Below are positions 9,888-19,134 of a stretch of DNA of 64,000 nt, one piece after another. The stretch covers positions 1,440,001-1,504,000 of the forward strand of contig CAXXKM010000001.1 of assembly GCA_963664435.2 (NCBI GenBank), read 5' to 3'. The position numbers and the translations under genes were made by a program. The stretch is from Longimicrobiales bacterium. Its GTDB lineage: Bacteria; Gemmatimonadota; Gemmatimonadetes; Longimicrobiales; Gaopeijiaceae. Each line of letters begins with the position of its first letter. The stretch's first letter is position 1. A model generated the notes under the pieces. It was not told the DNA's origin, made no database searches, and saw nothing but the letters and a program-made list of their open reading frames with translations.

Positions 9888-10445
9888 ATGTTGGATCACA
9901 TGGAACCGATGGGGCTCGACACGCTTAAGGCCACCAGGGCTCTGCAGGCGGCCGGCTTCGACGCGGCCCAGGCGGAGGCTCTGGTGACCGTGTTCGGTGG
10001 CCCCGTCCCAGGCAACATCGCCACCAAGCAGGACATCCGGGATCTTCGCGTCGAGTTCCGTGACTTCCGAACCGAAATCAAGGAAGACTTCGAACAGCAT
10101 CGTGCTGAGACCAGGACCGACATCAAAGGTCTCCGAACCGAACTCAAAGGCCTCCGGACCGAAATCAAGACCGACATCGATGGTCTCCGAACCGAAATCA
10201 AGACCGACATCGATGGCCTCTGGACCGAACTCAAGACCGAAACCGGACAGCTGCGCGATGAGTCGGCCGGGATGAGAGACGACATCGCGCGACTGAGCCG
10301 TGAAGTGGGAGACGTTCGGAGCGAAGTGGCCGAACTCCGGCTACAGGTCGGCCAACACGTCACGAAGGCGCAGATGTACAGGCTGCTGTTGGTGCAGGCG
10401 ACGGTAATCGTCGGCCTGATCGTTGGACTGCAACAGCTGCTCTAG
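9888..10445 (+). CDS. DUF1640/CCDC90-like coiled-coil protein with C-terminal membrane anchor, copy 2
   Basis: DTLKATRALQAAGFDAAQAEAL head, ATKQD neck, EIKTDIDGLRT repeats, tail YRLLLVQATVIVGLIVGLQ identical to copy 1. Confidence 0.8.
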   Translation: MLDHMEPMGLDTLKATRALQAAGFDAAQAEALVTVFGGPVPGNIATKQDIRDLRVEFRDFRTEIKEDFEQHRAETRTDIKGLRTELKGLRTEIKTDIDGLRTEIKTDIDGLWTELKTETGQLRDESAGMRDDIARLSREVGDVRSEVAELRLQVGQHVTKAQMYRLLLVQATVIVGLIVGLQQLL

Positions 10446-10454
10446 CCGCCGCTC

Positions 10455-12062
10455 CTACCCGAAGCGCACTCCCTGCGCGAGAGGCAGCTCCGGGCTCCAG
10501 TTGACGGTGTTGGTCTGGCGCCGCATGTAGGCCTTCCACGCGTCGGATCCTGACTCGCGCCCGCCCCCGGTCTCCTTCTCGCCCCCGAAGGCACCCCCGA
10601 TCTCCGCGCCGCTGGTGCCGATGTTGACGTTGGCGATGCCGCAGTCGCTGCCGCGATGGGAAAGGAACAGCTCCGCCTCGCGCATGTGCTCGGTGAAGAT
10701 CGCGGACGAGAGTCCCTGAGGCACATCATTGTGCTGGTCGATGGCCTCGACGACTTCGTCAACCGCCTGCGCCGGGGAGGCGTCCGCGCTCCCGTAACCC
10801 AGGATGTAGAGGATGGGCGCGAAGGTCTCTTCCTGCACGATGTCGAACTCGTTGCGCGCGCGGGCGATGCAGGGGCTGACGTAGTGGCCGCCGGAGAAGT
10901 CGGCGCCATTCAGTCGCTCGCCTCCGCATAGAACCTCGCCCCCCTCCTCCGTGACTCGGCGCACCGCGCCCTCCAGGTCGGTGACCGCCTGGTGGTTGAC
11001 CACCGGGCCCATCAGCGTGGAGGGATCGCGCGGGTCGCCGATGCGCACGTCCCCGTAGGCGGACACGAGCCGCCGCTCCAGCTCCGCGCGGATGGACTCG
11101 TGCGCGATGATGCGGCGGGTGCTGGTGCAGCGCTGCCCGGCCGTGCCCACCGAACCGAAGAGGATCGCGGGAAGCACGAGGTCCATGTTGGCGTGCGGGG
11201 TGACGATGATGGCGTTGTTGCCGCCCAGCTCGAGGATGGTGCGCCCCAGGCGCCTGCCCACCACCTCCGCCACACGGTAGCCCATCCGGCAGCTGCCGGT
11301 CGCCGAAACCAGCGGGATGCGACGGTCGTGCAGGAGCCGGTCGCCCACGGTGGACCCCCGCCCCACCACCAGCGAGAAGATGGCGGGATCGTAGCCGTTC
11401 TCGCGCGCCACTTCGGCCGCGATGCGGGTGCAGGCGATCGCCGTGAGCGGGGTCTGGCTGGACGGCTTCCACAGGGTGGCGTCTCCGCAAACGGCGGCGA
11501 TGGCGGCGTTCCAGCTCCATACCGCCACCGGAAAGTTGAAGGCCGAAATCACCCCGACCACCCCCAGCGGGTGCCACTGCTCGAACATGCGGTGGTCCGG
11601 GCGCTCGGAGTGCATCGAGAGCCCGTAGAGCTGGCGAGAGAGCCCAGTCGCGAAGTCGCAGATGTCGATCATCTCCTGGACCTCGCCCTCCCCCTCGGTG
11701 AGGATCTTGCCCATCTCGAGGGTGACCAGCGCGCCCAGCTCCGCCTTGTGCCGGCGCAGCCGGTCGCCGATCTGGCGCACGACCTCGCCACGCTTGGGGG
11801 CCGGCACCCTGCGCCACTCGAGGAACGCCTCGTGCGCCCGCTCGACGATGCGGTCGTATTCGTCCACGGTGACCTGGCGCACGGTCGCGATGCGCGAGCC
11901 GTCGATGGGGGTGTGAACCTCGAGCTCGGGCCCGGAGCCCATCCACTCGCCGGCGAAACCGCCCGGATTCACATCTTCGAGTCCCAGCGCCGCGAGCAAA
12001 CGCGCGCTGCGGGAGGAGGTCGCGGCCGTGGGGGCCGCGGCGGTCATGGTTGTCGGGTTCAT
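10455..12062 (-). CDS. Aldehyde dehydrogenase family 7 (antiquitin / piperideine-6-carboxylate dehydrogenase-like)
   Basis: ISAFNFP, LELGGNNA, GTAGQRCT (catalytic Cys), EETFAP and the ALDH7-type GTSGAEIGGAFGGEKETGGGRESGSDAWK motif. Confidence 0.93.
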   Translation of the reverse strand: MNPTTMTAAAPTAATSSRSARLLAALGLEDVNPGGFAGEWMGSGPELEVHTPIDGSRIATVRQVTVDEYDRIVERAHEAFLEWRRVPAPKRGEVVRQIGDRLRRHKAELGALVTLEMGKILTEGEGEVQEMIDICDFATGLSRQLYGLSMHSERPDHRMFEQWHPLGVVGVISAFNFPVAVWSWNAAIAAVCGDATLWKPSSQTPLTAIACTRIAAEVARENGYDPAIFSLVVGRGSTVGDRLLHDRRIPLVSATGSCRMGYRVAEVVGRRLGRTILELGGNNAIIVTPHANMDLVLPAILFGSVGTAGQRCTSTRRIIAHESIRAELERRLVSAYGDVRIGDPRDPSTLMGPVVNHQAVTDLEGAVRRVTEEGGEVLCGGERLNGADFSGGHYVSPCIARARNEFDIVQEETFAPILYILGYGSADASPAQAVDEVVEAIDQHNDVPQGLSSAIFTEHMREAELFLSHRGSDCGIANVNIGTSGAEIGGAFGGEKETGGGRESGSDAWKAYMRRQTNTVNWSPELPLAQGVRFG

Positions 12063-12311
12063 CTTCGTTCTATCGTCCTTGCATCGGTTCCTGGTGTCCT
12101 GGCCCTGCGGTCTCTTCCTTCCGGTGCTGCGGTCTTCTGTCCGGGTCCCGCAGCTTCCCTGTCGTCTGCCAGCCCTGGCCGACGTTTCTGCGCTGCCCGC
12201 AACCCTGACGTTACGTCATGCGGTATCAGGTTGGTATCTTCCTGTGAGCGTTAGAGTTATGGAATTGGAAGGCCGGGTTCCCGCTATTTGACTCCCGCCG
12301 AATTGCGAGCC

Positions 12312-13469
12312 TCAGCCGCGAGGTCTCGGGCGGGCTTCCAGTGCCTTCCGAAGCTGTCCTTCGTCGGCTCGCTGGTAACACTGAAGCACCGTCTTGGCGG
12401 TCTTCCAGCCTCCAAGGTCGCAGAGGACCTTGAGCGGCTGCTCCATGAGGTCGCTCGCGAACTTGCGTCTCAACGAGTGCCAGCCCCGCCCACGCTTGGG
12501 TTCGAGTCCCGCGAGCTTCTGGGCTCGGTTCCACCAGAAGCGCACCAGCGTCCGGCCCGCGCACCGCGACGGATCTCGTGGTGCGGGGAGCACCGGAGCA
12601 ACCTCGATCCCGGCGCTCCGCTCTCGCGCCTCCTCAAGGACGGCGACCGCCTCGGCCGTCATCGGAGTCCGGTGTTCGTAGCCGGTCTTCTCGTGTTCGG
12701 CCCTCCACCGGATGGCTCGGGCTTCAAGGTCGATATCCGGCCACCTGAGGTGGCGGATCGCGCCGATTCGGTGTCCGGTCTCGTGCGCGAGCACCAGCGC
12801 GACGTGGAAGCGCCAATCGACCTCCCGGGACACCCCGAGAAGCGCCTGGTACTCCTCCTCGGACAACACGACCCGGGTCGGGTTCTTCTCCGTGGGCGTC
12901 TTCAGACCCTTCAGCGGGTTCGAGCCGAGGAGCAGCCGGCCATCCTCGTCCTTCGACTTGGCGGCCCAGTTGAACACGGCGATCAGGAACTTCAGGTCGT
13001 GTTCGATCGTCGCGTCGGACACCGGTTTGCCGCTCGCTCCGACCTTGCCCGCGCGCCGCGCCCGGATGAACCGGTCCCAGTCGCGCCGGGAGAGCGTTGA
13101 AGGCTTGCGGCCTCGTCCGAAGAACCCGAGGAACATCCTCGTCGCGGCCCGGTCGGCCCGCTGGGACGCCTCCGCCTTGGTGGGCGTCACCTCTTCACCG
13201 TAGATTTCAAACAGCTTGTCCAGCGTGAGCGGTTCGGGCTCGGCCTCCGTTTTGCCGTCGGGCGCGTCGATGAAGCCTGCGGCGAATTCGTCCGCCTGCC
13301 TCTTCGCGCGTCTCCATTCGCGATGTTGGAGCGACCGGCTCAGCCTGCGCCCGTTCTCGCGCCACTCGATCTGGAACATGCCGGTCTTCGGATCCGGAAA
13401 CACCCGGACCCGGTTCCGGCCCCATTCACCGGCGCCGTAGCTCCGGCGCTTTCGTTTCGTGCGTGCCAT
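12312..13469 (-). CDS. Tyrosine recombinase / site-specific integrase
   Basis: Full catalytic set: ETGHR (R), EHEKT (K), WHSLRR (HxxR), LGGW (W), QCYQ (Y); basic N-terminal arm-binding-like domain. Start at 13469 or 13472. Confidence 0.92.
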   Translation of the reverse strand: MARTKRKRRSYGAGEWGRNRVRVFPDPKTGMFQIEWRENGRRLSRSLQHREWRRAKRQADEFAAGFIDAPDGKTEAEPEPLTLDKLFEIYGEEVTPTKAEASQRADRAATRMFLGFFGRGRKPSTLSRRDWDRFIRARRAGKVGASGKPVSDATIEHDLKFLIAVFNWAAKSKDEDGRLLLGSNPLKGLKTPTEKNPTRVVLSEEEYQALLGVSREVDWRFHVALVLAHETGHRIGAIRHLRWPDIDLEARAIRWRAEHEKTGYEHRTPMTAEAVAVLEEARERSAGIEVAPVLPAPRDPSRCAGRTLVRFWWNRAQKLAGLEPKRGRGWHSLRRKFASDLMEQPLKVLCDLGGWKTAKTVLQCYQRADEGQLRKALEARPRPRG

Positions 13470-13489
13470 CATTCGATTCCTCGCGTGAT

Positions 13490-13505
13490 GGACTGCACGA
13501 TCTGC
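13490..13505 (-). promoter_or_regulatory. GCAGATCGTGCAGTCC box upstream of the integrase start, shared with the element right ends
   Basis: 16/16 identical to 904-919; GCGCAGATCGTGCAG is 15/15 identical to 30839-30853. Confidence 0.6.
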
Positions 13506-13546
13506 GCGAAGGAAACTTCGCACACGGCAGGCTTCTTGACCAGCGT

Positions 13547-15087
13547 AGTCTTGTCCAACGGCAAATGAGCCTGAACGCGGGGCCGGTTTCCAGCGGGAAG
13601 TGAGCCTGAAGGCCGGGGCGAAGAGATCATTGGAGGATGATCGTGACACTTCGCACCGAACGAATCCGGACGCTCGACCAGATGCGCGCCTTCGTGGAGG
13701 GCAGCGAACCTGCGGACTTCCAGATCACCGACCGCACTTCCGCCTACGTCTTCGTCCGCCGCACGCTGGTCCGCTTCGAGTACCACGGCCTCGGGAAGCC
13801 CGACAAGGGGCTGGTGAAGCGGTTCCTTGAGAAGGTGACGGGCATTTCACGCGCCCAGATCACCCGCCTGATCCGACAGCACCGCCGGACGGGCCACATC
13901 CGCGACCACCGCAACAAGCCCCCGGCCAACGCCTTCCGGCGGCGCTACACGCCCCACGACGCCGCTCTGCTCGCCGAGGTCGACGAAGCCTTCGGCCAGC
14001 CATCCGGACCCGCCACCAAGGTGGTCCTGCAACGCATGCACGAGGTCTACGGCGACGGACGCTTCGCACGCCTCGCCTCGATCTCCAACGGCCACATCTA
14101 CAACCTCCGCAAGACCCGCGCGTACCGGACCGGCCGCCTCACCTTCCGTAAGACCCGGTCCACTCCCGTCGCCATCGGGGTCCGCCGCAAGCCGCGGCCG
14201 GATGGCAAGCCCGGCCATCTCCGCGTCGACACCGTCCACCTCGGCGACCGCGACGACCGGAAGGGCATCTATCTCATCAACGTCGTCGACGAAGTCACGC
14301 AGTTCCAACACCTTGGAGCCGTGCCGCGCATCACCCAGCACTTCCTCGTCCCACGCCTCGAAGCCCTGCTGGCCGCCTTTCCCTTCACCATCCACGCCTT
14401 CCATGCCGACAACGGCAGCGAGTACGTCAACGGCCGGGTGGCCGCGCTGCCCAACAAGCTCCACGTCGGCGTCTTCACCAAGTCCCGGCCCCGCCACCCC
14501 AACGACAACGCGCTGGTCGAGACCAAGAACGGAGTCGTCGTCCGCAAGTGGCTCGGCCACATCCACGTCCCCCACGCCCTCGTCCCCCGGGTCAACGCCT
14601 TCCTCCACGACCACCTCTGCCCCTTCCTCAACTTCCACCGGCCCTGCCTCTTCCCCACCGAAGTCACCAGCCCCACCGGCCGAGTCAAGCGGCGCTACCG
14701 GCAACAGGACGTGACCACCCCCTACGAGCGCTTCAAGGCTCTGCCCGGCGCTGAAGCCTTCCTCCGGCCCGGCGTCACCCTCGGTGCCCTCGACCAACTC
14801 GCCGCCGCAACCACCGACCTCGACGCCGCCCAAGCCGTCCAGCGCGCCCGCGACGAACTCTTCCGCGCCATCGGCCAAGCCCGCAACTCCGCCGCGTGAT
14901 CCGACTCGCGTCAGCCGCTGGCTTGCCGGAGACCCTCCTGCCTCTCGGGCGTCCCACGGCCCGCCGGTTGCCTCTCTCCCCCGTTCAAGGAGATAATGAT
15001 ACACCCTCAACTGCCACCTGCCCCGGCCTCGGGCCTCACCCCTCGCACCTTCCCCGGTTCAGGCTCATCTCCGTATTGGAAAAGACT
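13547..15087 (+). mobile_element. 1541-bp insertion sequence with imperfect 29/30-bp IRs and 4-bp GCGT target duplication
   Basis: IRL AGTCTTGTCCAACGGCAAATGAGCCTGAA (13547-13575); IRR reverse complement AGTCTTTTCCAATACGGAGATGAGCCTGAA (15058-15087); GCGT at 13543-13546 and 15088-15091; extra subterminal copy at 13587-13610. Confidence 0.88.
13637..14899 (+). CDS. DDE transposase with integrase core (rve-like) domain
   Basis: LRVDTVH (D), FHADNGSEY (D), NDNALVETKN (E); N-terminal HTH-like segment; GGAGG RBS. Confidence 0.92.
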   Translation: MIVTLRTERIRTLDQMRAFVEGSEPADFQITDRTSAYVFVRRTLVRFEYHGLGKPDKGLVKRFLEKVTGISRAQITRLIRQHRRTGHIRDHRNKPPANAFRRRYTPHDAALLAEVDEAFGQPSGPATKVVLQRMHEVYGDGRFARLASISNGHIYNLRKTRAYRTGRLTFRKTRSTPVAIGVRRKPRPDGKPGHLRVDTVHLGDRDDRKGIYLINVVDEVTQFQHLGAVPRITQHFLVPRLEALLAAFPFTIHAFHADNGSEYVNGRVAALPNKLHVGVFTKSRPRHPNDNALVETKNGVVVRKWLGHIHVPHALVPRVNAFLHDHLCPFLNFHRPCLFPTEVTSPTGRVKRRYRQQDVTTPYERFKALPGAEAFLRPGVTLGALDQLAAATTDLDAAQAVQRARDELFRAIGQARNSAA

Positions 15088-15838
15088 GCGTAAGGACATG
15101 CTCTCCCAAGCCGATCCGAAGGGCGGATTCCGTGCGGTTCGGGGCCGTAGCGCGAGTGTCCGTTCGACATCGGGGGCGACCGGACACGAAATCGTGTTTC
15201 CGACGGACAAGCCGCTGGTCCGCCATGTCGTTGGACGGCTTGCAGTTGCGCCTCGCCCAGACGAGCGGCCGTGACACGCGGGCGCTGGCGGGCGTGGCCG
15301 GAGCGACCCCCCGATTTCGATGGCTGGCGTGCCATCGAGGAGTTCGGCATCGGACACGCCCATGCCGTCCTCCGTGGGAGGTCGCTCCGGTCCAGCGATC
15401 CCTGCGGGAAGGCCAAACGGCGAGCCGGGGCGGTGCGTCCCGGTTTTAGCCAGCGCTACCGGACAGCCGACCGGCCGGCCGGTCGGCCAACGGGTCCTCC
15501 TCCGTCTCGAAGTGGCGCTCACATCGCCTTCCCGCGCAGGGATCGCTGGTCTGGGAGCGACCCGAGGGGGCGGGGGCGGGGTGCGCAAACGCGCACGACC
15601 CCGAACCCGCAGCAGTCACTCGGACTGCCGGGTCGCTCCCAGCCCCGTCCGAACGAGCCCTGCGGCCCCGGCCGTCCGGGACAACGAGGCGCAAGACCTT
15701 TGCGCGCTACGGCTTCCGCCGCCCCGCCGGTGCGCACGTCCGGAGCGCCGGGGTGCGCATCGGCACCCTATGTCGTTTTCGCGGTCCGGTACGGCTCTAT
15801 GTCGTGCGCCGCGCCGTCCACCGAGGCTGGCGGATGAA

Positions 15839-16486
15839 TCAGCTTTGCGCCGCCTTCATGATCTCGGCCACATAGTCATCCAGACGGGCCATGACCCCGA
15901 TGGTTTCCGCCTGACTCTCCGCGTTCGCGATTTCCTTGGCCAGATCCAGCAGCAGACGGCGGACTGCGGCTGGGTCGCCCGTCCCCGTCGACGGCGCATC
16001 GGCTCCAGCGGTCTCCTCAGCCGGTGGTGCATCCGGTTCCGGCGGTGCCTCCGGATCAGCCGCTGCGTCCCTTGCGAGCCGCGCCTTCACTTGGAGGGGG
16101 TATTTCGCATGGAACTGCCGGGCCGAGAGGTCCGCGACGGAGGGGTCGATCTCGCGGGCACCCGCGAACAGGTCCGCGTTCGAGATGCCGGGGTCCGCTT
16201 CGAGCGTCCGCGCCACGAACTCCATGACGGCGGCTCCGTCGCCGGATGGTGCGGGCACGGCGGCGGGCGCCGGGTCCGCCTTCGGTTGCCGTGCGGGCTG
16301 TGGCGGCGGCGCTATCCTCCGGGTCGCGGGCAGCCGATACTTGGCGTGAAACTGTTGCAGCGTAAGCTCCCCGACCGACTCGTCGATCTCCAGGGCACCG
16401 GCGAACAAGGTCTTGTTCTTCGCGCCGGGGTCCTTCTTCAGTTCGTCTACCATGTACTCCATGACGGCATCATGCGAGCTGCCCAT
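15839..16486 (-). CDS. Hypothetical protein with two copies of a ~55-aa helical domain plus a C-terminal helical domain; putative DNA-binding protein
   Basis: AVMEY...DPG..N..LFAGALEIDESVGELTLQQFHAKY and AVMEF...DPG..N..LFAGAREIDPSVADLSARQFHAKY, separated by Pro/Ala linkers. Confidence 0.75.
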   Translation of the reverse strand: MGSSHDAVMEYMVDELKKDPGAKNKTLFAGALEIDESVGELTLQQFHAKYRLPATRRIAPPPQPARQPKADPAPAAVPAPSGDGAAVMEFVARTLEADPGISNADLFAGAREIDPSVADLSARQFHAKYPLQVKARLARDAAADPEAPPEPDAPPAEETAGADAPSTGTGDPAAVRRLLLDLAKEIANAESQAETIGVMARLDDYVAEIMKAAQS

Positions 16487-16985
16487 GTCGTTACCCTTTC
16501 AGAGGCCAGGTGCGCGCCGGATGGACGCGGGCAAATCGGGAATTGCCCTGTCGGGAAAACTCGAAGAGTGTTCGGGGAGCGTCAATGTCGCCGGTTCGAC
16601 ATCGCCCCCGCCTTCGACCGCGTAGATCTCGCCCGCGTGCCGGGAGATTGCCGACCTCAGCCCGGAAGGGCGCCGCGTGCGTCCCGCCGCGTACCGGAAG
16701 CCCTAAGCGGCGCCTCGGGAGCGTTTCGCGGGCGTCCGAACGGGCTGGCTTTAGCCACGCTACCGTGGCTCAGCCAGCACACGCGATGTTGAACATTCGC
16801 GGTCTGGCCAGGGGGACGCTGCGTCCCCCCTTGAACCCCCGGCTTCCCGCGCCGCTGAGAGATCAGCGGACGGGCGCAGGAAGACGCCCTTGCCGGGTGG
16901 AGGGGAGAGCACGTAGGCTCGAACGGTGCAATTTCTGCGGCAATGAGTGCCGCCCCCTTTTGACTCGGAGAGAGAGATCGCGAGA

Positions 16986-18998
16986 ATGACCGAACGACCG
17001 GATGTCCCCGGAGCGCTGAACTTTCCCGCTCTCCGCGAAGACTTCGTTCCGCTTCCAGCGAGTGAGCCCGATGGTTTCCGGCACGTGCTCTTCGTTGGCA
17101 CGACCGGTGCTGGGAAGACGACCCTTGTCCGGCAGCTTATTGGCACCCATCCCGCCACGGAACGCTTTCCGTCAACCTCGACTGCGAAGTGCACCATACA
17201 CGATACGGAGATCATCCTAGGCCAGGCCCCGTGGCGGGCGGTTGTCACGTTTGTTTCGAGTGACCAAGCCCGTGGGCATCTGAACGAATGTATCTCTGCG
17301 GCACTCCTCGCGGTTATTCGAGGGGAAGACGATGCGACCGTGCTCCCGCGTCTGCTGGACCATGTCGAACAGCGGTTTCGCTTCAGCTACGTGCTCGGAC
17401 GAGGGCCGACCACGACGCAGCGGTCCGGGTTGTTTGGTGATGAAGACGAGGGGCGCGATGGGGGAATTGGCGAGCTTGGGGGCGAGGCGGTGGGTATCGA
17501 CTTGACCGCTACGAACGAGCTGCTCACGCGCTCCCTGACAAGACTCCGCAGCCTAGCGGGGCAGCTGCGAGAGCGAGTCCGCGCCACACTGCTGTTGAGC
17601 GAAGACGATCAATCGGAGGAGAACGAAGACGTTATCCAGGAGTTGTTGGAAGAGGAACACGAGGCCGAGCTGAAGGACACAGATGTCCGCGAGATTGCTG
17701 ATCCCTTGATGGACGAAATCGAAAAGCGCTTCGGTCTGCTCCCGGCGAGTTCCTTAACGAGAACGCCGCAAGGTTGGCCTCTGACGTGGTGCGGAAGCTG
17801 GCCCGCGGAGGAGCGCGGCGAGTTTCTCGGGTCGGTCTCGCGGTTTTCGAGTAACTACCGGCCCCTGTGGGGTCAACTCCTGACGCCCCTGGTAAGTGGG
17901 ATTCGTGTCGCCGGCCCGTTTGCTCCTAGGTGGAAGAGCGGACGGGCTCCCAAGCTCGTATTGTTCGATGGTCAAGGCTTAGGACACACCCCGAAATCGT
18001 CGTCTTCGGTGTCCACAGCATTGAGTCGACTCATCGATGCGACAGACGCGGTGGTTCTCGTGGACAACGCCGCACAGCCTATGCAGGCTGCGGCACTCGC
18101 AATCATGGACGAGCTTGCGAGCACCGGCAACGGACGCAAGCTGATCTTGGCCTTTACCCACCTCGATCAAGTCCAGGGTGACAGCCTTCCAACCACCAGC
18201 GACAAAGCTAGGCACGTGTTGGAATCGGCAGAGAACGCGATCTCCGCCCTCCGCGATCCCTACGCCCAGCGCGTTCTTCGAGAGCGACTGCATGCAGCCA
18301 GCTTCTTCTTGGCGGACCTTCAAGAGCAGCTTCCAGAACACACTACTTCCGGTCGCCGCACTATCAAGCAACTCGTGGGCCTACTGGATGCCGTCGACCA
18401 AGTAATCGAAAGGCCGCAGCCCACGGAAGCGTCTCCGATCTACGACCGACTCACTCTCGTCGCTTCGATTCTTCGCGCGCTGGAAGCCTTTCACGAGGAG
18501 TGGCGACCCACGCTCGGTCTTGGCCCCCGGCGGAGCGAGAAGAGACATTGGGCAACGATCAAGGCACTGAGTCGGCGCCTCGCCGAAATGGGAGAGGACG
18601 AGTACGGTGGTCTACGACCAGTTGCGGACCTGCGGAAGAAGCTGGTGGTCCGAATCAACCGTTTCATCCGCAAGCCCTCACGATGGGAGGGTCCCGAGGC
18701 CACTGAGGAGGAGAAAACGGAGAAGTACGCTTCTCTCGCCAGTAGCTTGGGTCGGCGGCTAACCGATCTATCGGACCGTCGTGTCTGGTCGGAGCAAATG
18801 CACCTCTGGAAGCGCGCATTCTCGCGACGCGGGCGAGGGTCGACCTTTGTTCGAGCCGAGATTATCGGCAATGACATCTACGAACGCGCGGCACCAGTCG
18901 CGGACGACACACCCTCGTCGGTCCGCAACCGGTGTCTGCGAGACGTAGTTGACGAATTCGAAGCTGCTGCGGACGAAGTTGGAGCGCAGATCATATGA
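16986..18998 (+). CDS. Large P-loop GTPase with dynamin-like motif arrangement
   Basis: G1 GTTGAGKT, G2-like STAKCT, G3 LFDGQG after a long helical insert, G4-like FTHLD; visibly lower GC than the flanks. Confidence 0.75.
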   Translation: MTERPDVPGALNFPALREDFVPLPASEPDGFRHVLFVGTTGAGKTTLVRQLIGTHPATERFPSTSTAKCTIHDTEIILGQAPWRAVVTFVSSDQARGHLNECISAALLAVIRGEDDATVLPRLLDHVEQRFRFSYVLGRGPTTTQRSGLFGDEDEGRDGGIGELGGEAVGIDLTATNELLTRSLTRLRSLAGQLRERVRATLLLSEDDQSEENEDVIQELLEEEHEAELKDTDVREIADPLMDEIEKRFGLLPASSLTRTPQGWPLTWCGSWPAEERGEFLGSVSRFSSNYRPLWGQLLTPLVSGIRVAGPFAPRWKSGRAPKLVLFDGQGLGHTPKSSSSVSTALSRLIDATDAVVLVDNAAQPMQAAALAIMDELASTGNGRKLILAFTHLDQVQGDSLPTTSDKARHVLESAENAISALRDPYAQRVLRERLHAASFFLADLQEQLPEHTTSGRRTIKQLVGLLDAVDQVIERPQPTEASPIYDRLTLVASILRALEAFHEEWRPTLGLGPRRSEKRHWATIKALSRRLAEMGEDEYGGLRPVADLRKKLVVRINRFIRKPSRWEGPEATEEEKTEKYASLASSLGRRLTDLSDRRVWSEQMHLWKRAFSRRGRGSTFVRAEIIGNDIYERAAPVADDTPSSVRNRCLRDVVDEFEAAADEVGAQII

Positions 18999-19134
18999 AC
19001 GGCACGGAGGGCGATGCGGTGCCGGGGGAATAGCGGCTTGGCTCGCCACTGGCGGATCGTCCACTGGTTCGGGTGGCAGGCAGGGGCTATCTACCGCTCT
19101 AACTCCGCAGGACTTCGTGTCGTTCAGGGATCGA

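Noticed and set aside
12063..12311. tRNA or tmRNA integration site next to the integrase
   Set aside because: No cloverleaf or T-loop/CCA pattern is visible at either end; the target appears to be an intergenic palindrome.
15092..15838. Several overlapping ORFs between the IS and the QFHAKY gene
   Set aside because: Arg/Pro-rich translations with no family signal; treated as non-coding or degraded element backbone.
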